A stretch of DNA of 64,000 nt from Chrysomallon squamiferum (GCA_012295275.1 CM022666.1:3162001-3226000), one strand, 5' to 3'; counted from the stretch's first letter, positions 42,005 to 57,599 are shown. Numbers and translations: made by a program. The notes: generated from the sequence alone by a model not told the origin.

Positions 42005-42036
<32 letters not shown>

Positions 42037-42623
42037 TTCTATGTAATGACTCGATTTCAAAGTCTAGTGACCATGTTAAAAATTTTCGCTATTCGCTTTT
42101 TTTTTTTTTTTTTTTCCCTTGCTTTGTCGACTACAAATGTGACCCCGCAGGCAAATGATTATCTTCGTTTTCTGGAAGAATGATAATATTAGTTGAAGAC
42201 TCGCTTAATAAACTGAAAACATCATTGTAAGTTGCCTCATTAGATCGCTAAATTGCATTGTCTACGTCTTCAGTCGATTTTGCGGAACGCAGTGTTGATA
42301 TCGGCATCGCTTAATTAACATTCGTGTTTCCCCGGAGGCACGGAAATTGACGAAGCGACCGCAGGTGTTGAAATCGGCAATTGTCTTCGTGCAGTTCCGT
42401 GCGTCGAGCGAACTAAATCGGCTATGAAACTGACAACTGTCGTTCAAAGGAAAGTGGGCGTGGCTAGGAATGCCCAGCTGCTTGGGAGTTGATTTGAAAA
42501 GCGAGGGTTGAAGTTGTTTTAACTGCGTTGTTAAGAAGACAAAGGTAATTAAGAAAGGAAATGAAATTAATATAGTTTTTTTTTTTTTCATTTTTCTTTT
42601 TCATATTTATTTATTTATTTATT

Positions 42624-42677
<54 letters not shown>

Positions 42678-42834
42678 TATTTATTTGTTTATTTTATTTT
42701 ATTTTTTATTTATTTATTTATTTATTTATTTATTATTATTTTATTTTTTTTTTTATAAAGTTTTAATAAATTTAATATGGAACAGTTCCTAATAAATAAA
42801 TACATTTATCATAAAAGTACTACTACTAGAAGTG

Positions 42835-42893
<59 letters not shown>

Positions 42894-43352
42894 TATAATA
42901 ATAATAATGAATAACAACAACAACAACAACAATAATAAAAATTACAATAAGAATAACAAATACACTAACAATAATTGCAACAATAACAGTAAGATTAACA
43001 ACAGCAACAACAAATAATTTTATTTTAATTTTATTTAATTTTATTGATCCTGATGATATAAACTAAAACTATTTATAACTTTATCGCATACGTATTTATA
43101 ACTTTATGGCATACCTATTTATTATTCATGGATTTATGTAAAATACTTTTTCTTAAAACAGGACTGGAAGACAGAGGTACCAGGGTTCAAACCTCGACAC
43201 AAACACATGTGAACGAAGGCAGGTAGAAATAAACATCTTGATGTCTGACTTACGTCTGTTTAGACTCCGAACGTAAACGGGAACGTTACGACACAAGAAC
43301 GTTACGAGGTCCAGACACGACCTCTCGATAAAATAAAAAATAAAAAAATAAA

Positions 43353-43413
<61 letters not shown>

Positions 43414-43974
43414 TGATGATGATGATAATAATAATAATAATAAAAATAAAATAAATAATTGAATTAATTTTTTGAAACATTTTACGATTTCTTTGAAGAA
43501 GGGATAAAAAAATTAAAAATAAAAAGTTTAAAAATTAATTACTATGGAAATTACACGATAAAAACGTTTCATTTTACATATTGTTTGTTCTGTCGACGTT
43601 AAAGATAAAAATTGTAAAATAAAAAATAAATGGGCTGGGTTTGTGTGTATTCTCAGGTTACTAAATTTTTACATTTTCATGTAATGTTTGATTTCATGAA
43701 TAATTTACTAGCATCAAAGTGATAAGAATAATGGAGATATTAAAAAAACAATTTTATTGAAAGAAAAAAAAAAATGTAATAATAAAAAAGAGAATAATAA
43801 AACAAACAAATAAAGCAATTATATAAAAAAATAAATAAAAGAATTTGTTTTAAAGTTATTTATTTATTAATTAATTAATATTTTTATTATTATTATTTTT
43901 TTTTTACAAAAATGAAAACGATTCTTTTACAGATTAATAATAATAATTTACATGATTTCTTTTCTTTACTTTTT

Positions 43975-44021
<47 letters not shown>

Positions 44022-44381
44022 ACCTTCCTTCTTTCTTTCCTTCCTTTCTTTCTTTCTGTATACGACTGTTAATTATGCTTAAGAAATAAAATTATTTTGA
44101 AGTTCGTACGGTATTTCATTATACTTAACTATTTTCTGTCAGTCTGTCTGTCTGTCAGTTTATTTTCTCGTTATATCTGTCCATTTCTCTGTTTAAATAT
44201 CTGTCCTTTTTCTATCTTTTTGTTTGTCAGATGTCTTCCTCTTTAAATAAGAAAATACAAATTAAAGATGAGATGAGAAATAAATAAAAAATTTCATTTA
44301 TTGTGTTGAAAAATGAATTCTTATAGTGTTGTTGTTGTTGTTATTGTTTAACTGTACTAATGATACCATCCTGACGATATT

Positions 44382-44446
<65 letters not shown>

Positions 44447-44462
44447 GAAGAATAATAATAAT

Positions 44463-44585
<123 letters not shown>

Positions 44586-45008
44586 AAGAAAAAGAAAAAG
44601 CAGAAGAAGAAGAATATTAATAATAATAATAGTAATAATAATAATAAAAATTATAAACATACATACATACAGACTACTATTATTATTATTATTAAATTTT
44701 TAAACATTAGTATTATATATAATTATATTTAAATCTTTATAAAAAATAAGGTTAGACAATTTCATAACTATAAGAATCTATTAATAATGTAAAACTCACG
44801 AATCCTCTGTTTTCGTTATTTCACGATCGAGCGACAGGAACAATGGAAGACGTGGCAAAATCAAACGGATAAGCAGAAAGGTTAAACGCCCAAACGTTTT
44901 CATCCGTCTGTCCGTATTGGCCACCTGGCGTGCGTCTGTATGTACGCAAATATTTAGATTAATTAATTAACGACATCTTGCAGGGGCATATGACAATATT
45001 TTTATAAC

Positions 45009-45048
<40 letters not shown>

Positions 45049-46890
45049 GTTTTTAGGAAATTTGTTCTAAAAATTTGTTTAAGGAAAAATAAATTTACCA
45101 GTGGATGCACTGCATAAAGGAAATATTTAATTAGTTATTTCGCTCAAAAATGTAAGGAAATATGTTGAATTAATTAGCTGTAAATGCTAGGTGAAAATAG
45201 CTGAATTAATTAATTGATGAAATATTACACAGAAATTATTGAAATGTTATACTGACATGGATGAATTAATTAATTACAGTCCTAAAGAATGGTTTTGAAT
45301 TAACGAATGTTGTACATTGTACAGAGAGAGAGGGAGATTTTAGATACAACTCGTATAAAAAAAACATGATATAAATAAAATACAACAACAACAACAACAC
45401 TAAAAACCAATCAAATAATAATAATAAAAAATAAAATAAAAAAATAATAAAAATCATAATAATAAAAATAATAATAATAATTATAATAATAATAAATAAT
45501 AATAATAATAAGAAGAAAAGTAAATAAATACTATACAATTTTTATTTTATTTTATTTTATTTTATTTTATTTTATTCTTTAAAATTACTTAAATTATATT
45601 TAAAAGTAAATGTTTGAATTGGTTAACTTCTGACATTTTTTAATTATAGGAAAATAATTTGAAATAATAATTAAATTAATAATAATAATTATTATTAAAA
45701 AATGTATGTAATTTTGTATGTGTTTTTGTATGTATGTTTGTGTGTATGTATATGAATGTGACTGTGTTTGCATGTGTATGTATGTACATATATGGGGATG
45801 TATGTGTGTAAATGTGTATGTGAGTGTTTCTCTGTGTGTATCACTCTGTATGTGTATGTGTGTGTTTATGTGTAAGATTCACTGTTAAATATAATTTGTT
45901 TAATATGACATTTAATTTTACATTCATCACATTGTATTTACTTTAAAATAGTTTAATTCGAGTATGATTTTCTTTGGGTGCTAAAAGTTACTATGGAAAA
46001 GGTATAAATGTAGTATTTTTGATTTGCTATTATTTTATCAAATTCTAAGCTATTCTTTTTCAGTTGTTTAAAAAACTGACTTTCGTGGAAGTTTGATTTT
46101 GAAATTTTATTTGCTTTAGAAATTTAAAAAATATAGTATTCTCTAAATATTTAGGACAAACATTATTTTAAAAAGAATATAATTATGAGAGAGATATTTA
46201 TAATAACTGAGTAAACATGAATAAATTAAAAAGAAAAAATTGTAAACTCATAATTTCGAAATTTTCGTACTGGTGCAATACAAAATAAAAAAAAAAAAAG
46301 AAAAAAGAGATGTTTATTTAAAATTTTAGGAGAAAATACGTAAAAATTTAGAAATAAAATTAAAACTTTTCCCCTGAAATTTATAATGAATAAAAATCAG
46401 TTTTCTGAAAGTTAAAATATTCTTTATAATAAAACAGGTAATAATGTTCAAAGACAAATAATCATTTGTATTCTTTATGATAAGAAAACAATTATTAACC
46501 GATACAAAAAAAAAAACCCCCAAAACAAACAAAAAACCATACCCCTCCGAAAATAAAAATAATAATAAAAAATAAAAATATATGAATAATAAATGAATGA
46601 ATAATTAATTAAATAAATAATTTAATTATTTTTTTTACAGTAATAGTAGTAGTAGTAATAATAATAATAATAATTACAGTACAATAAATAAATAAATAAA
46701 TAAATAAGTAAATACATTTTTTAAAAGTATAGTAATAACAGTAATAATAATAACAACAACAACAACAACAACAACAACATCAACAAAAACAACAACAACA
46801 ACAACAACAATAATAATAAATAACATTCTTCAGTCACTTAAGAACTTAAGAACCATTTAAACAAGTCATTTCATATCAGGCCATTTTGAA

Positions 46891-46921
<31 letters not shown>

Positions 46922-47407
46922 AAGGACGTTTGTTAGATTTCACTCTTCAGTTGAGAAATAGAGTCTAATCCATGACGCCATATAAACCATCTTTTCATAA
47001 CTCTGCTTTTTTTTTTTTTTAAAGAGGATGTTTCCACTGCTTTTCCCTTTTTTCTACTTAAATAATAAATCGTCTGTAGCCCTTGTTAACCAGAATTCAA
47101 ACACGTATTTATTTTTTTTAACATTCTTTTCAACCATCCTCGAGAATAAGAAAGACTGCGACACCAGTCGCCATTTTTTTTTTCATTCATTTTTTTTTTT
47201 TTTTTTTATTATCAGTCTCGCGCACTATGGCGCCAGAAAATCATTTCAATTTACTGCACGTGAATAAACGGCAGACGACAATGTTGGAGAGAGAGGAGAG
47301 GAAGGGGGGGGAATAAAAAAAAAAAAAAAAAAAAAAAAATTCGCGAAATCGCGTTTGTGTAAAGCTTGATGTTAGCTATAGTTAAACGATTTAAGCTTTC
47401 TTTTGTG

Positions 47408-47585
47408 AAGGAGACCTGCTTAATACGAACAATGGAGGTACTGTTAAAAAAAAAGAGGACCTGTGTAGTACGAACAATGGGAGCTCTGCAATAAAGAGGG
47501 CTTGAGTATTACGAACAATGCATGATCTGTGAAAAAAGAAGACGTCTTTAATACGAACAATAGCGACTTGCTATAAAAATGATCT
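47408..47585. repeat. Highly degenerate ~42-45-bp tandem repeat with invariant TACGAACAAT core
   Basis: Core at 47424, 47469, 47510 and 47552. Flanks share only a loose AAAGAGGAC-CTG-like pattern. Confidence 0.85.
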
Positions 47586-47818
47586 CTTTCTTACAGATAA
47601 TCAGTTTACCTCGTAGCTTTGTCATTTTAGTTCGCACGTAGACGCATTCTTATCGACAGACACACATATACACTCATACGCACAAACACACACACAAACA
47701 TACATACACACGATATACAAATATAAACAAAAATTATACGTATTTAATTATTTTTTTTAATTCGCGGATTACTAAGATAATAAACACATAATCCTGTCAT
47801 CCTCGTTATTTATTTATT

Positions 47819-47857
<39 letters not shown>

Positions 47858-48316
47858 TTTGTTGTCACTTACGTTTTTCTGGCACTTATATTTACATTTA
47901 CAGACCATGTTTAATGTTTATTTAATTTAATATTTGCTTTAAACTTGATATTTTTAAAGTTACATGTACATATAACAACATGCATATAAACATTTTAAAT
48001 AGATTCGGATGAAAGCAGGAATGACATAATAAAATAAGATAATATAGACATTACTATTACTGCTTCTACTGTTATGAGTACTACTACTATGACTACGACT
48101 ACTACTACTACTACAACTACTACTACTAATATTACTATAATATCTACTACTACTACTACTACTACTTCTATAACTACTACTACTATAATTACTACTATTA
48201 CTAGTACTACTGCTACTACTACTATTACTACTACTACTATTATTACTACTACTATTACTACTACCACTACTACTACTACTATCACTACTTTTCTTATTAC
48301 TACTACTGCTCCTAGT

Positions 48317-48417
<101 letters not shown>

Positions 48418-48626
48418 CGTACTTATCTGATATTTATCTTAAAAAAGGTGCGACCAGAGCTACCTACAATTGTCCATTGTAAGAAAATTATGTATGTAAT
48501 TCATATTTATTTATGCAACAACAACACATATCTCAACAAACAATCAAAACAGTCTTCTGTAGTATTTTTTTTTTTTTTTTTTTAAATATATTACTTCGCT
48601 GTCCATACATACATGAAAAAAAAAAA

Positions 48627-48663
<37 letters not shown>

Positions 48664-49014
48664 ATAGAAAAATGCAAAAATAATAAATTTATATATATAT
48701 ATATATATAAAAAAAAAAAAAAAAAAAAAAAAATAATAATAATAAAACATTTAAGAACGAAGAATTAGTCCGGATAATCCGAACATGCCAGATTCACAGA
48801 CTAACTTTGTATTTGATCACTCGAGTAATACGCAGCATTTACATATTTATTACCTTTCTTTGTATCTGTAATAGAGGCGTTCTATTACATATTAAAAGTA
48901 ATTTGATTTATCTGCAGCCAGAAAGAGGCGATAAATCAAACGTGACTGATGTGTGTCTTGGAGATAGATGCAAAACAAGCGATGAAATATACATTAGATT
49001 TTTACATTATACGA

Positions 49015-49095
49015 GAAAGGGAGGTAACTCAGGGGTAGCACGCTGGCGCTAGGTCGTTCGATCGATTCGTGTTGGTGCGACATTTAAGTCGATTC
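49015..49095 (+). mobile_element. Possible decayed tRNA-derived SINE head
   Basis: A-box-like TAACTCAGGGGTAG (49025) followed by GGTCG and a B-box-like GATCGATTC ~35 nt later. It is degenerate, with no tail or TSD seen. Confidence 0.25.
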
Positions 49096-49256
49096 ATTTA
49101 AAAGGGGAATGTTTCCATTTATGTCTTTTTAAAAAATGTTTTTATTTATTTATTTATTGATTTATTTATTTAATTATTTATATATATTTTTTTTTTTTTT
49201 TCTACAGAGTATGGATATATGCGTGTACAACAATACTAACAGCAGCAGTAGTAATT

Positions 49257-49308
<52 letters not shown>

Positions 49309-49925
49309 CACTAGTAGTAGTAGTAGTTATAGTAGGAGTAGTAGTAATAGCAGTAGTAGTAGTAGTAGCAGGAATAGTAGTAGTAGTAGTTATAGTAGGA
49401 GTAGTAGTAGTAGCAGTAGTAGTAGTAGTAGTAGTAGTTATCGTAGTCATAATTGCATTAGTTAGCGATTTCAGCTTTTATAATAATAAAAACAACATCT
49501 TGAAATAAATAATTTAAAGAATATATATATATATATATATATATGTATGCATGTATGTATGTTTGTATGTGGATAAACAGATAGACAGATAACATAATAA
49601 ATAAATAGATAAATAAATAATGTATATAGAGACTTATTACGAGAAAGACAGAAAAATGTAATAAATATTCACAACATTCTTCACATTTGTAGAAATACCG
49701 TTTGAAGTTTTGAGCAAACACGTCTTTCGAAATAAAATTTGAGCAAAGCCGTGTTTAGCTATGTATGAAACGATACGTAAACAAAAATATACAATAAACA
49801 AAACAAAACAAACAAAAAAATATCATCGCTCACAGGAATAGGAAATTAGTTTTACTGTAATCTTGCCGCTAAAAACCTAAGAGGATTTACAAAATTCACG
49901 AAATTAACTTTCAGGCAGCAGAACG

Positions 49926-49962
<37 letters not shown>

Positions 49963-50623
49963 AAAATTAAAATAAGATAAAGAATAATGATAAAAGTTAA
50001 ATAAGGAAAGCAAACCGTTTAAATTACATTGAGAATGTTGTGCAAGTTTGACTAAACAAAAAGGGACAGTGGTTTTTATCCCGGGTTGGTGCGTGATTGG
50101 AATCACTAACTTGGGATGTGGATGAAGACGGAGGACTGGAGGATCTGGTGGCTGAAACGATGTTTTAATAATGTTGCATTGTTACCTGCAAGGGATTAAA
50201 ACGGATTATCGGGTTTCAGAAACAGGTGTGAAATGGATCCGGCAGGTTGGTTGGGGAGTGGTGGTGGTGTGTGTGGGGGGGGGGGTAGGGGGAGGGAGGG
50301 ATGGTGGTTTTAAAACAAAGATGAAAAGCAGAGATGTGAAAGAGAAATTTGGAGAGCGAGAGGATAATGTAAATAAAAAAATAAAGAAGTGATTTTGAGT
50401 AATATTAGTATAAGCAGTATTGGTAGAAATAATATCGACGACAAATAAATAAGGAATTTAATAATAATAGAAGTATTCATGGACGGAGTCATAGTTGTAA
50501 TAGTAGTAGTGGTAGGATAATATTAATATTAATAATAATGATGATGATGATAATTGTTGTAGTAATAGTAATAATACCAGTGGTAGTAGCTGCAGCAACA
50601 CATGCCGTCCTAGAAGTATTAAC

Positions 50624-50657
<34 letters not shown>

Positions 50658-50845
50658 ATAGCAGTACTAGTAGTAGTAGTAGTCGCCGTGGTAGTAGTAA
50701 TAAAGTACCAATAGCAGCAACAGCAGCAACAGTAATGATAGCAGCAGCAGCAGTAGTAGTAGTAGTAGTAGTAGTAGTAATAGTAGTAGTAGTGATAGTT
50801 GTAGTACAGACATTACTATAATAACAGTAACAACAAAAAAAAAAG

Positions 50846-50876
<31 letters not shown>

Positions 50877-52832
50877 CCAGCCAAATGCAAAGCACACTTC
50901 AGATATCCCATTGTACTGAAAAGACAACAACAATATACAAATAAAACACACAGAGGAACCGATCTGATCTGAAAGCCGGCCACAGTGGGTATCTTACTAC
51001 ATTACACCGACTTACAGACTTATTATTGCCTGTGTGTGTGAACTATTTAGATAATTCACATCAAGATTCCTGGCGAGGTATTCAGCAAAAACCAGATCTT
51101 CAGAAAGACGAGCGAAGTCCTTCTTGTCAATGGAAGAAGTGTCTGCCTCTCATTCACTCGCCCAGTCTGTGTGTTTTAGATTAGGGTCATTCAGGCGAGT
51201 GGATCAAACCGTTTTTGCCAGTGGGATATCGTAGACAGGTCCGTGATTTTGAGGTTCAAGTAGACGGTTGAAGAGATGTTATTTTTTTTTTTTTTTTTTT
51301 TTTGCTTTCGGGTGTAACTGAGAGAGAAATATATATGTATGATTGTGTGTGTGTGTGTGTGTGTGTGTGGGGGGGGTGAGATATTTGGCGTATATATAGA
51401 GAAAAATAGATGAGTGTGTTTGTGTGGGTTATTTTTTTTTTATTGTTGAGAGATAGAAGTTAGTGTTAATGTTTAATTTGCATGTTCATATCGTTACGAT
51501 TCATGTACAAATTCTAACTTAATATGAATATTATTTAGAATATTATTTCAGTTAAAACAATTGTCTATATCAACAAGTTTTCTTACTACGCAAAATGTTA
51601 AATAGACAAATTATAAGATAAAAACTAATGATTTGCAAATAAGTTAATTTTAACCATCAAATAAATAAATAAATAATCAAGAAGTAAACAAAAACAAACA
51701 AACAAAATTAAAAAATAATTAAATTATGTAGATATTTAATAATAGTATGAAAAAAAATAACAAATAAACGAAAAGAAGAATTATTATAATAAACAAATAT
51801 TTAATAAAAAACGAAAAAAAAAAATAAAATAAAATAAAATAAAATTTAAATAAATAGAAAAAAACAAATAATAAAACAACAACAAAAAATAAAACAACAT
51901 CTCGCACTGCACGTACATCAATCTTTACTAAAAAAAAAAAAAAAAAAAAAAATTAAAATTACACAAATCTTCTCAACAGTGCTCCGTATCCTTAAAACCC
52001 ATCTACCGCCGTTTCTCTCTCTCGCTCTCTCTCTCTGTCGAGTGGATCAGATTTTAAACAAAAACACGTTTCACTGAGAAACAAGAGACAGATCCAAGAA
52101 TTATGGCGGACATTATCGAACAATATCTCCACGTGCGCCAGCGTGAGTGCTACTTTCAGAACGACAGATCGCGAATTCGAAAGAAAAGACGACTTCAGGT
52201 GAAAGGGCCGTAATAAACTGTACGGCGGGTTAACATATTTTCGTTATTTCGAATTAATGTTTTGGAACCGAGAACCTGTCGTTTGTCGCGGGTGGCTGCC
52301 AAATGAACGCTGGGCACCCTAGACAAATTCTTACAGATAATTGGGTAGGCTGAATGTCATCGTTTACGTTCACTTGATTTTGCTATTATTAAAAAATTAA
52401 TTTATAAAGAAAACGACACCATGGAAAGAGGTGTGTGGGGGGGGGGGGGGATTGCGTTTTGTTGCGCACGACACAAGTCGTAAATTCTTTTTTCAAAATT
52501 GTCGGAAGTGAGTCTGGTTGAAGATTTTTTTTTAAATTTTTTTTTTTTTTTTTTTTTTTTACGGCATCTACTAGACCGGTATACGAAAACAAACATTTTT
52601 TTTTTTTTATTATTATTTTTTCGGGAATGTTTGGAGACGACAAATACATAAAAAAAAATGTTTCAGTGTTGTTTTATTATCGTTATATTTTGTTTAAAAA
52701 TAAAAAAATGTAAAAAATTTATTTCACGATTTCAAAGGCTTTAGGTTTGATTCCTTTTCATGTAAGGATTTTAAGTTATAAATCTCAGTATTTTTTTTGA
52801 AGTTCATGGCGATCATAACTTTTGGATGATGA

Positions 52833-52888
<56 letters not shown>

Positions 52889-53214
52889 TGATGATGATGA
52901 CGATGAAGATAATGATGATGGTGATAATAATAATAATAGTAATAATAATAATAATTTACTACTAAAAATAATGATTAAGAAAAAAAGAATATGATGATAA
53001 ATAAAGTAAAATATGTATAGGTAGGTATAAAGTTTACACACAAACAAAGACATCCATTATTACATAACATAACATTAAACAACATGATATTAATTTAACA
53101 TATGTTTGTTTTTCTACTTTTATATTCAGTAGACAAGATAAAAAAATGATAAACTGGACAAAAACAAAAAGAAGAAGAAGAAAGTAATCAAAAACAAAAC
53201 AACAAAACAGAGAT

Positions 53215-53520
53215 TTTCATTTATGACTGAATTAATATATTTAAATTTCCTTTACATTTGTTTGTCTTTTGTTCACTTACTTGTTGTTGCAGATCAAAAG
53301 TTTTTAACTACAAAGCTCAAAACATTTGTACTTTTCTTAAATTATAAACTTAAAATTTACAGCTAGCTTTTCAGTTATAACTGAATTAATATATTTAAAT
53401 TTCCCTATTGTTTGTTTGTTAATTTACTTGTTGTTAGAGATCGACAGTGTTTAATTAAAAACATCATAATATCTGTTTTGTTGTTGAACTGTATGTAATA
53501 TTAAAATTTGCAGCTGGCTT
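53215..53520. repeat. Old tandem duplication, ~154-bp period
   Basis: ACTGAATTAATATATTTAAATTTCC at 53226 and 53380. TTACTTGTTGTT and TTAAAATTT(A/G)CAGCT also occur twice in register. Confidence 0.8.
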
Positions 53521-53840
53521 AACTTTTTTAGAAACATTTTTGTTACTGTTGACATATGCCATAAATTAAATATAATATTTTAACAGCAAATAAATTTCAA
53601 AAAGAAATCTGAAAATTGACTACGATAGAATAAGAATTAAAATTTAAATAAATAAATAAATAAATAAACTAAACAGACCCGAAGTAAAATGAAATGAAAT
53701 AAAATAAAATAAAACAAAATAAAACAGAATACAGAAACAAAGAAAGAAAGGAAAATCAAAACAGAAACTCAAAGAAAAATAACTAAAAACGCAAAATAAA
53801 AACGACATTTACCATCATAGGATCGATAAAAAAATTATTA

Positions 53841-53879
<39 letters not shown>

Positions 53880-53968
53880 AATAAAATAAAATAAAATTAA
53901 GAATTAAAAATTAAATATTAAAAAGAAATGGGGAAAAAAAAACACCAAAAACAAATATAATAATAAAA

Positions 53969-53999
<31 letters not shown>

Positions 54000-54841
54000 A
54001 TGTTAAAACGTAAAAAAAACAACTTAGAAACCCCCAAGAAACAACAACAAAAAAACAACAACCAACCACACAAAAGCAGAAATAAAAAAAAAAATTAGAT
54101 AACTAAATAAATGAAAAAAAAACAACAACCCAAAAAAAAAAAAATAAAATAATAATAATAAAAATAATAAAAATAAAAATAAAAAACAAACACCATAAAC
54201 AAAACACGCTAAGCTCTTTTACAACGACGACAAAGTAAAACGACAAACTATAAACAACCGCAAATCCCATAAAAGAAAACAAGAAATCCTGCGAAACCAG
54301 ACCGTAATTAAATCAGACCATTGACCTCTTGCTGATTGGAACTTTCGCTTTAAATAGCGCGCACGTGCAACGACATTCACACCTCTTTGTTCAACACAAT
54401 CGACAGTTTAAATTAAAAACCTTCATTCCCCGACCGCAACCGATCCTATTAAATATTATATCCTTTCCTCGACTAAAACAAATCTTTCGCTTTTAATATC
54501 CATGCCCCGGTGATAAAAGTGGCGATAAACTGTTCCATACCTAAACAAAGACATTAAAATCACAGGTGTGGCCGCAGTCGTCAAAGACGATTTATTCCCA
54601 CAACTGTTGACGTTTCCCCGTCACAACGTTATCATAAATTGTCATATTGAGCGTAATAAAAATAAAATCCGTTTCCGCGTTAAAAAAAAAAAAAAAAAAA
54701 AATACAATATTGGGATTCTTGACATTCGCTGCGGCGTAACCTTTCATTGGGGCTCGGTGGTTTAGACCGGATATGGATATGAGGCTCGATCGCTCGACTG
54801 GTTTCTGGATGACACTTTAAAATCGAATTGTTCCAGTCGAG

Positions 54842-54901
54842 GAATTACACAAGATGGCGGACGTGAAATTAAATGATGTTTAAGTGAGAGAGAGAAAGAG
54901 A

Positions 54902-54992
<91 letters not shown>

Positions 54993-55048
54993 ACACAAGA
55001 TGGCGGATGAGAAATTAAATGATGTTTAAGTGAGAGAGAGAGAGAGAG

Positions 55049-55146
<98 letters not shown>

Positions 55147-55150
55147 GAGA
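54842..55150. repeat. Tandem duplication (146-bp period) of a unique ~43-bp segment plus (GA)n
   Basis: GAATTACACAAGATGGCGGA..G.GAAATTAAATGATGTTTAAGTGAGAGAG at 54842 and 54988, each followed by a long (GA)n. Confidence 0.92.
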
Positions 55151-55791
55151 GTTAGTGATGAAAGGAAAGATTAAAGTTCTTGTATTAGAATAAAAATTAA
55201 TGTTGATTTTTGTTGCGTACACTTTAAAAGAGAAATGATTTTATATTTGTTGCTTTAATGTGATTGAAAATAAAAAAGATTAATGATTTTAATTAGATAG
55301 AGCGATGGATAGATAAACAGACAGACAGACGTACAGATACACAGATAAATAAATAAATAATTTAATTAATAAATAAATAGAATAGAATAAAATAACACGA
55401 TGAACAACAACAAAAACAGTATTAGTACTGGAAGTAGTAATCGTAGTACTACTAATAATAAGATAGAAATGTTACAACGAAGAAAACGGAATCGCATCTT
55501 TATAAACAAGTAAAAGAAAGAATGACCACCCTAAGAAAAAAAAACAAAAAAAAAACAAAACCTTTTACATAACAACCAAACAAACAAACGAACGAACAAA
55601 CAAACAAAGAAGCAATCAAACAAACAAACATACAACATAAAAATAAACACCCCAAAAAGCTTCCCCCAAAACTCGATCCTCTAAGCATTAATCGGAGTGT
55701 AAACCAGAACAATAAAACAATAAATCAGATTTAAGACTAAATAAATATTTATTTTGTCTATTTATTTACATAAATATTATTTTAAAATCGA

Positions 55792-55841
<50 letters not shown>

Positions 55842-56335
55842 TCTAACGATAATGCTAATAGAGATAGTGTTTACGTTTTAGTTGTTTTTATTGGAGTTAT
55901 CTTTAATAGCGTTTCAGTTTGCCTTATCGTGTTTAGAACAGTTTATCTGAATCTGTGACTGTGGTGATGTCTCGTTCGTTTTGATTTCAGTGTTTAGAAG
56001 GTTGTTGTTGTAAAGTTCTGTCAGACTTCAACTTGATTAGCCCTGGCAGCTTTTCCTTCATATTGCGATTGAGATTTATCATTAATTCGAAGAATAAATA
56101 AATATATGACCTTACAGATCGCTGCTTGCAATATAGAATGACAAACGTAGTGGTGTTTCTGGAATCAAGTGCTTCTGCTTTCCAGTTTCATATCATGATT
56201 GCTAAAACGACAACAACAACAACAATAACAACAAAACCCCAAACCAAATGAACAGATATAACCAAAAATAAAACAAAAACAACAGCACAACAAAAAACCC
56301 CTCAAAAAAAATACTAAACAGAACAAAAGAACAAG

Positions 56336-56368
<33 letters not shown>

Positions 56369-56443
56369 AAAAAAGACAAAAACAAACAAAACAAAACAGC
56401 AACAAAAAACAGAAGAAAGAAAACAGACAAACCAAAAAAAAAC

Positions 56444-56474
<31 letters not shown>

Positions 56475-57168
56475 AACAAAAAAACACCCACCAAAAAAGG
56501 ACACATTCTTGTCACCTATTAACAGTTAATATCACTTGAGATATATTTTAACATTCATTTTCTTTACACACACTAATGCACTGAATAGTATTACCTATAT
56601 CCGTAACCTAACCCACTCCTTAAACCATAACGTCGACCATAAATTCTTAGTCAGACACGTACAATTACAGCTAATTATCATTCACGTATAAACACTGAAT
56701 TAGAACGAGAAAAACAGCACACAATCATAGATACACACACACACACACGCTATATAAACACAGGAAAATACGGGATACAATCATAAAGTTATAAATTAAA
56801 TATATCGTTAGTTCAGCGTATCAAATTGAACTGACAAGGACGTTTACGTTACGCTGGAGATGAACCGATTATTTTTCATGTCGCATATCGGATAAAAAGT
56901 TCAACATAGGGGCAATAATTCTTCATCGTAAATAGACGTTAATAATTCGCCATATTGTCCAACCCGTATAATACTTGTATAAACAGTTTTTTTTTCTTTC
57001 CCCTCCAGACCAGCTTTACGTAAATTTAATAATTAATATTCCGTGCGTCTCTAAATCGTTAAAAAGTTAACATGGCGTAAAACTTACGTCACGCTTCGCT
57101 TGCGACCAAGGGAGACAATTCTGAAGATGACGCAAGCCCGCCCTAACAACGAAACAAAACTTTTTTTC

Positions 57169-57213
<45 letters not shown>

Positions 57214-57568
57214 GTGCATATTCTTAATTAAGACTCAGTATTAATTATTCCACTTAATTAATTTTCTCAAATTATGAAGCTCACAACATCGTATGGAAAA
57301 AAGAGGAAGAGATGAGGAAGGTTTGGTTAATGTTTATGCTTGATTAATCACTGATGTCAGTCTAGTTTGAATAAACAAAGTGAAAAAAAAAAAAAAAAAA
57401 AAAAACTGTTTTCAAATAGTGAAGCAAATATATATGTATTTAGTTATGTGTGTTTGTATATGTATTCTGTGTATGAATGTATGCATATCTGTATATGTAT
57501 GTACGTACGTATGTATGTATATATATATATATATATATATAGGTATATATATATATATTGCTATATGT

Positions 57569-57599
<31 letters not shown>

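Noticed and set aside
43162-43222. Exon-like or SINE B-box-like segment (GGGTTCAAACC)
   Set aside because: The donor (GTAGAA) is weak, there is no A-box or cloverleaf, and it is too short to call either way.
55793-55839. A47 run as a retrotransposon or retrogene tail
   Set aside because: There is no target-site duplication or upstream element body, and long A/T runs are ubiquitous here.
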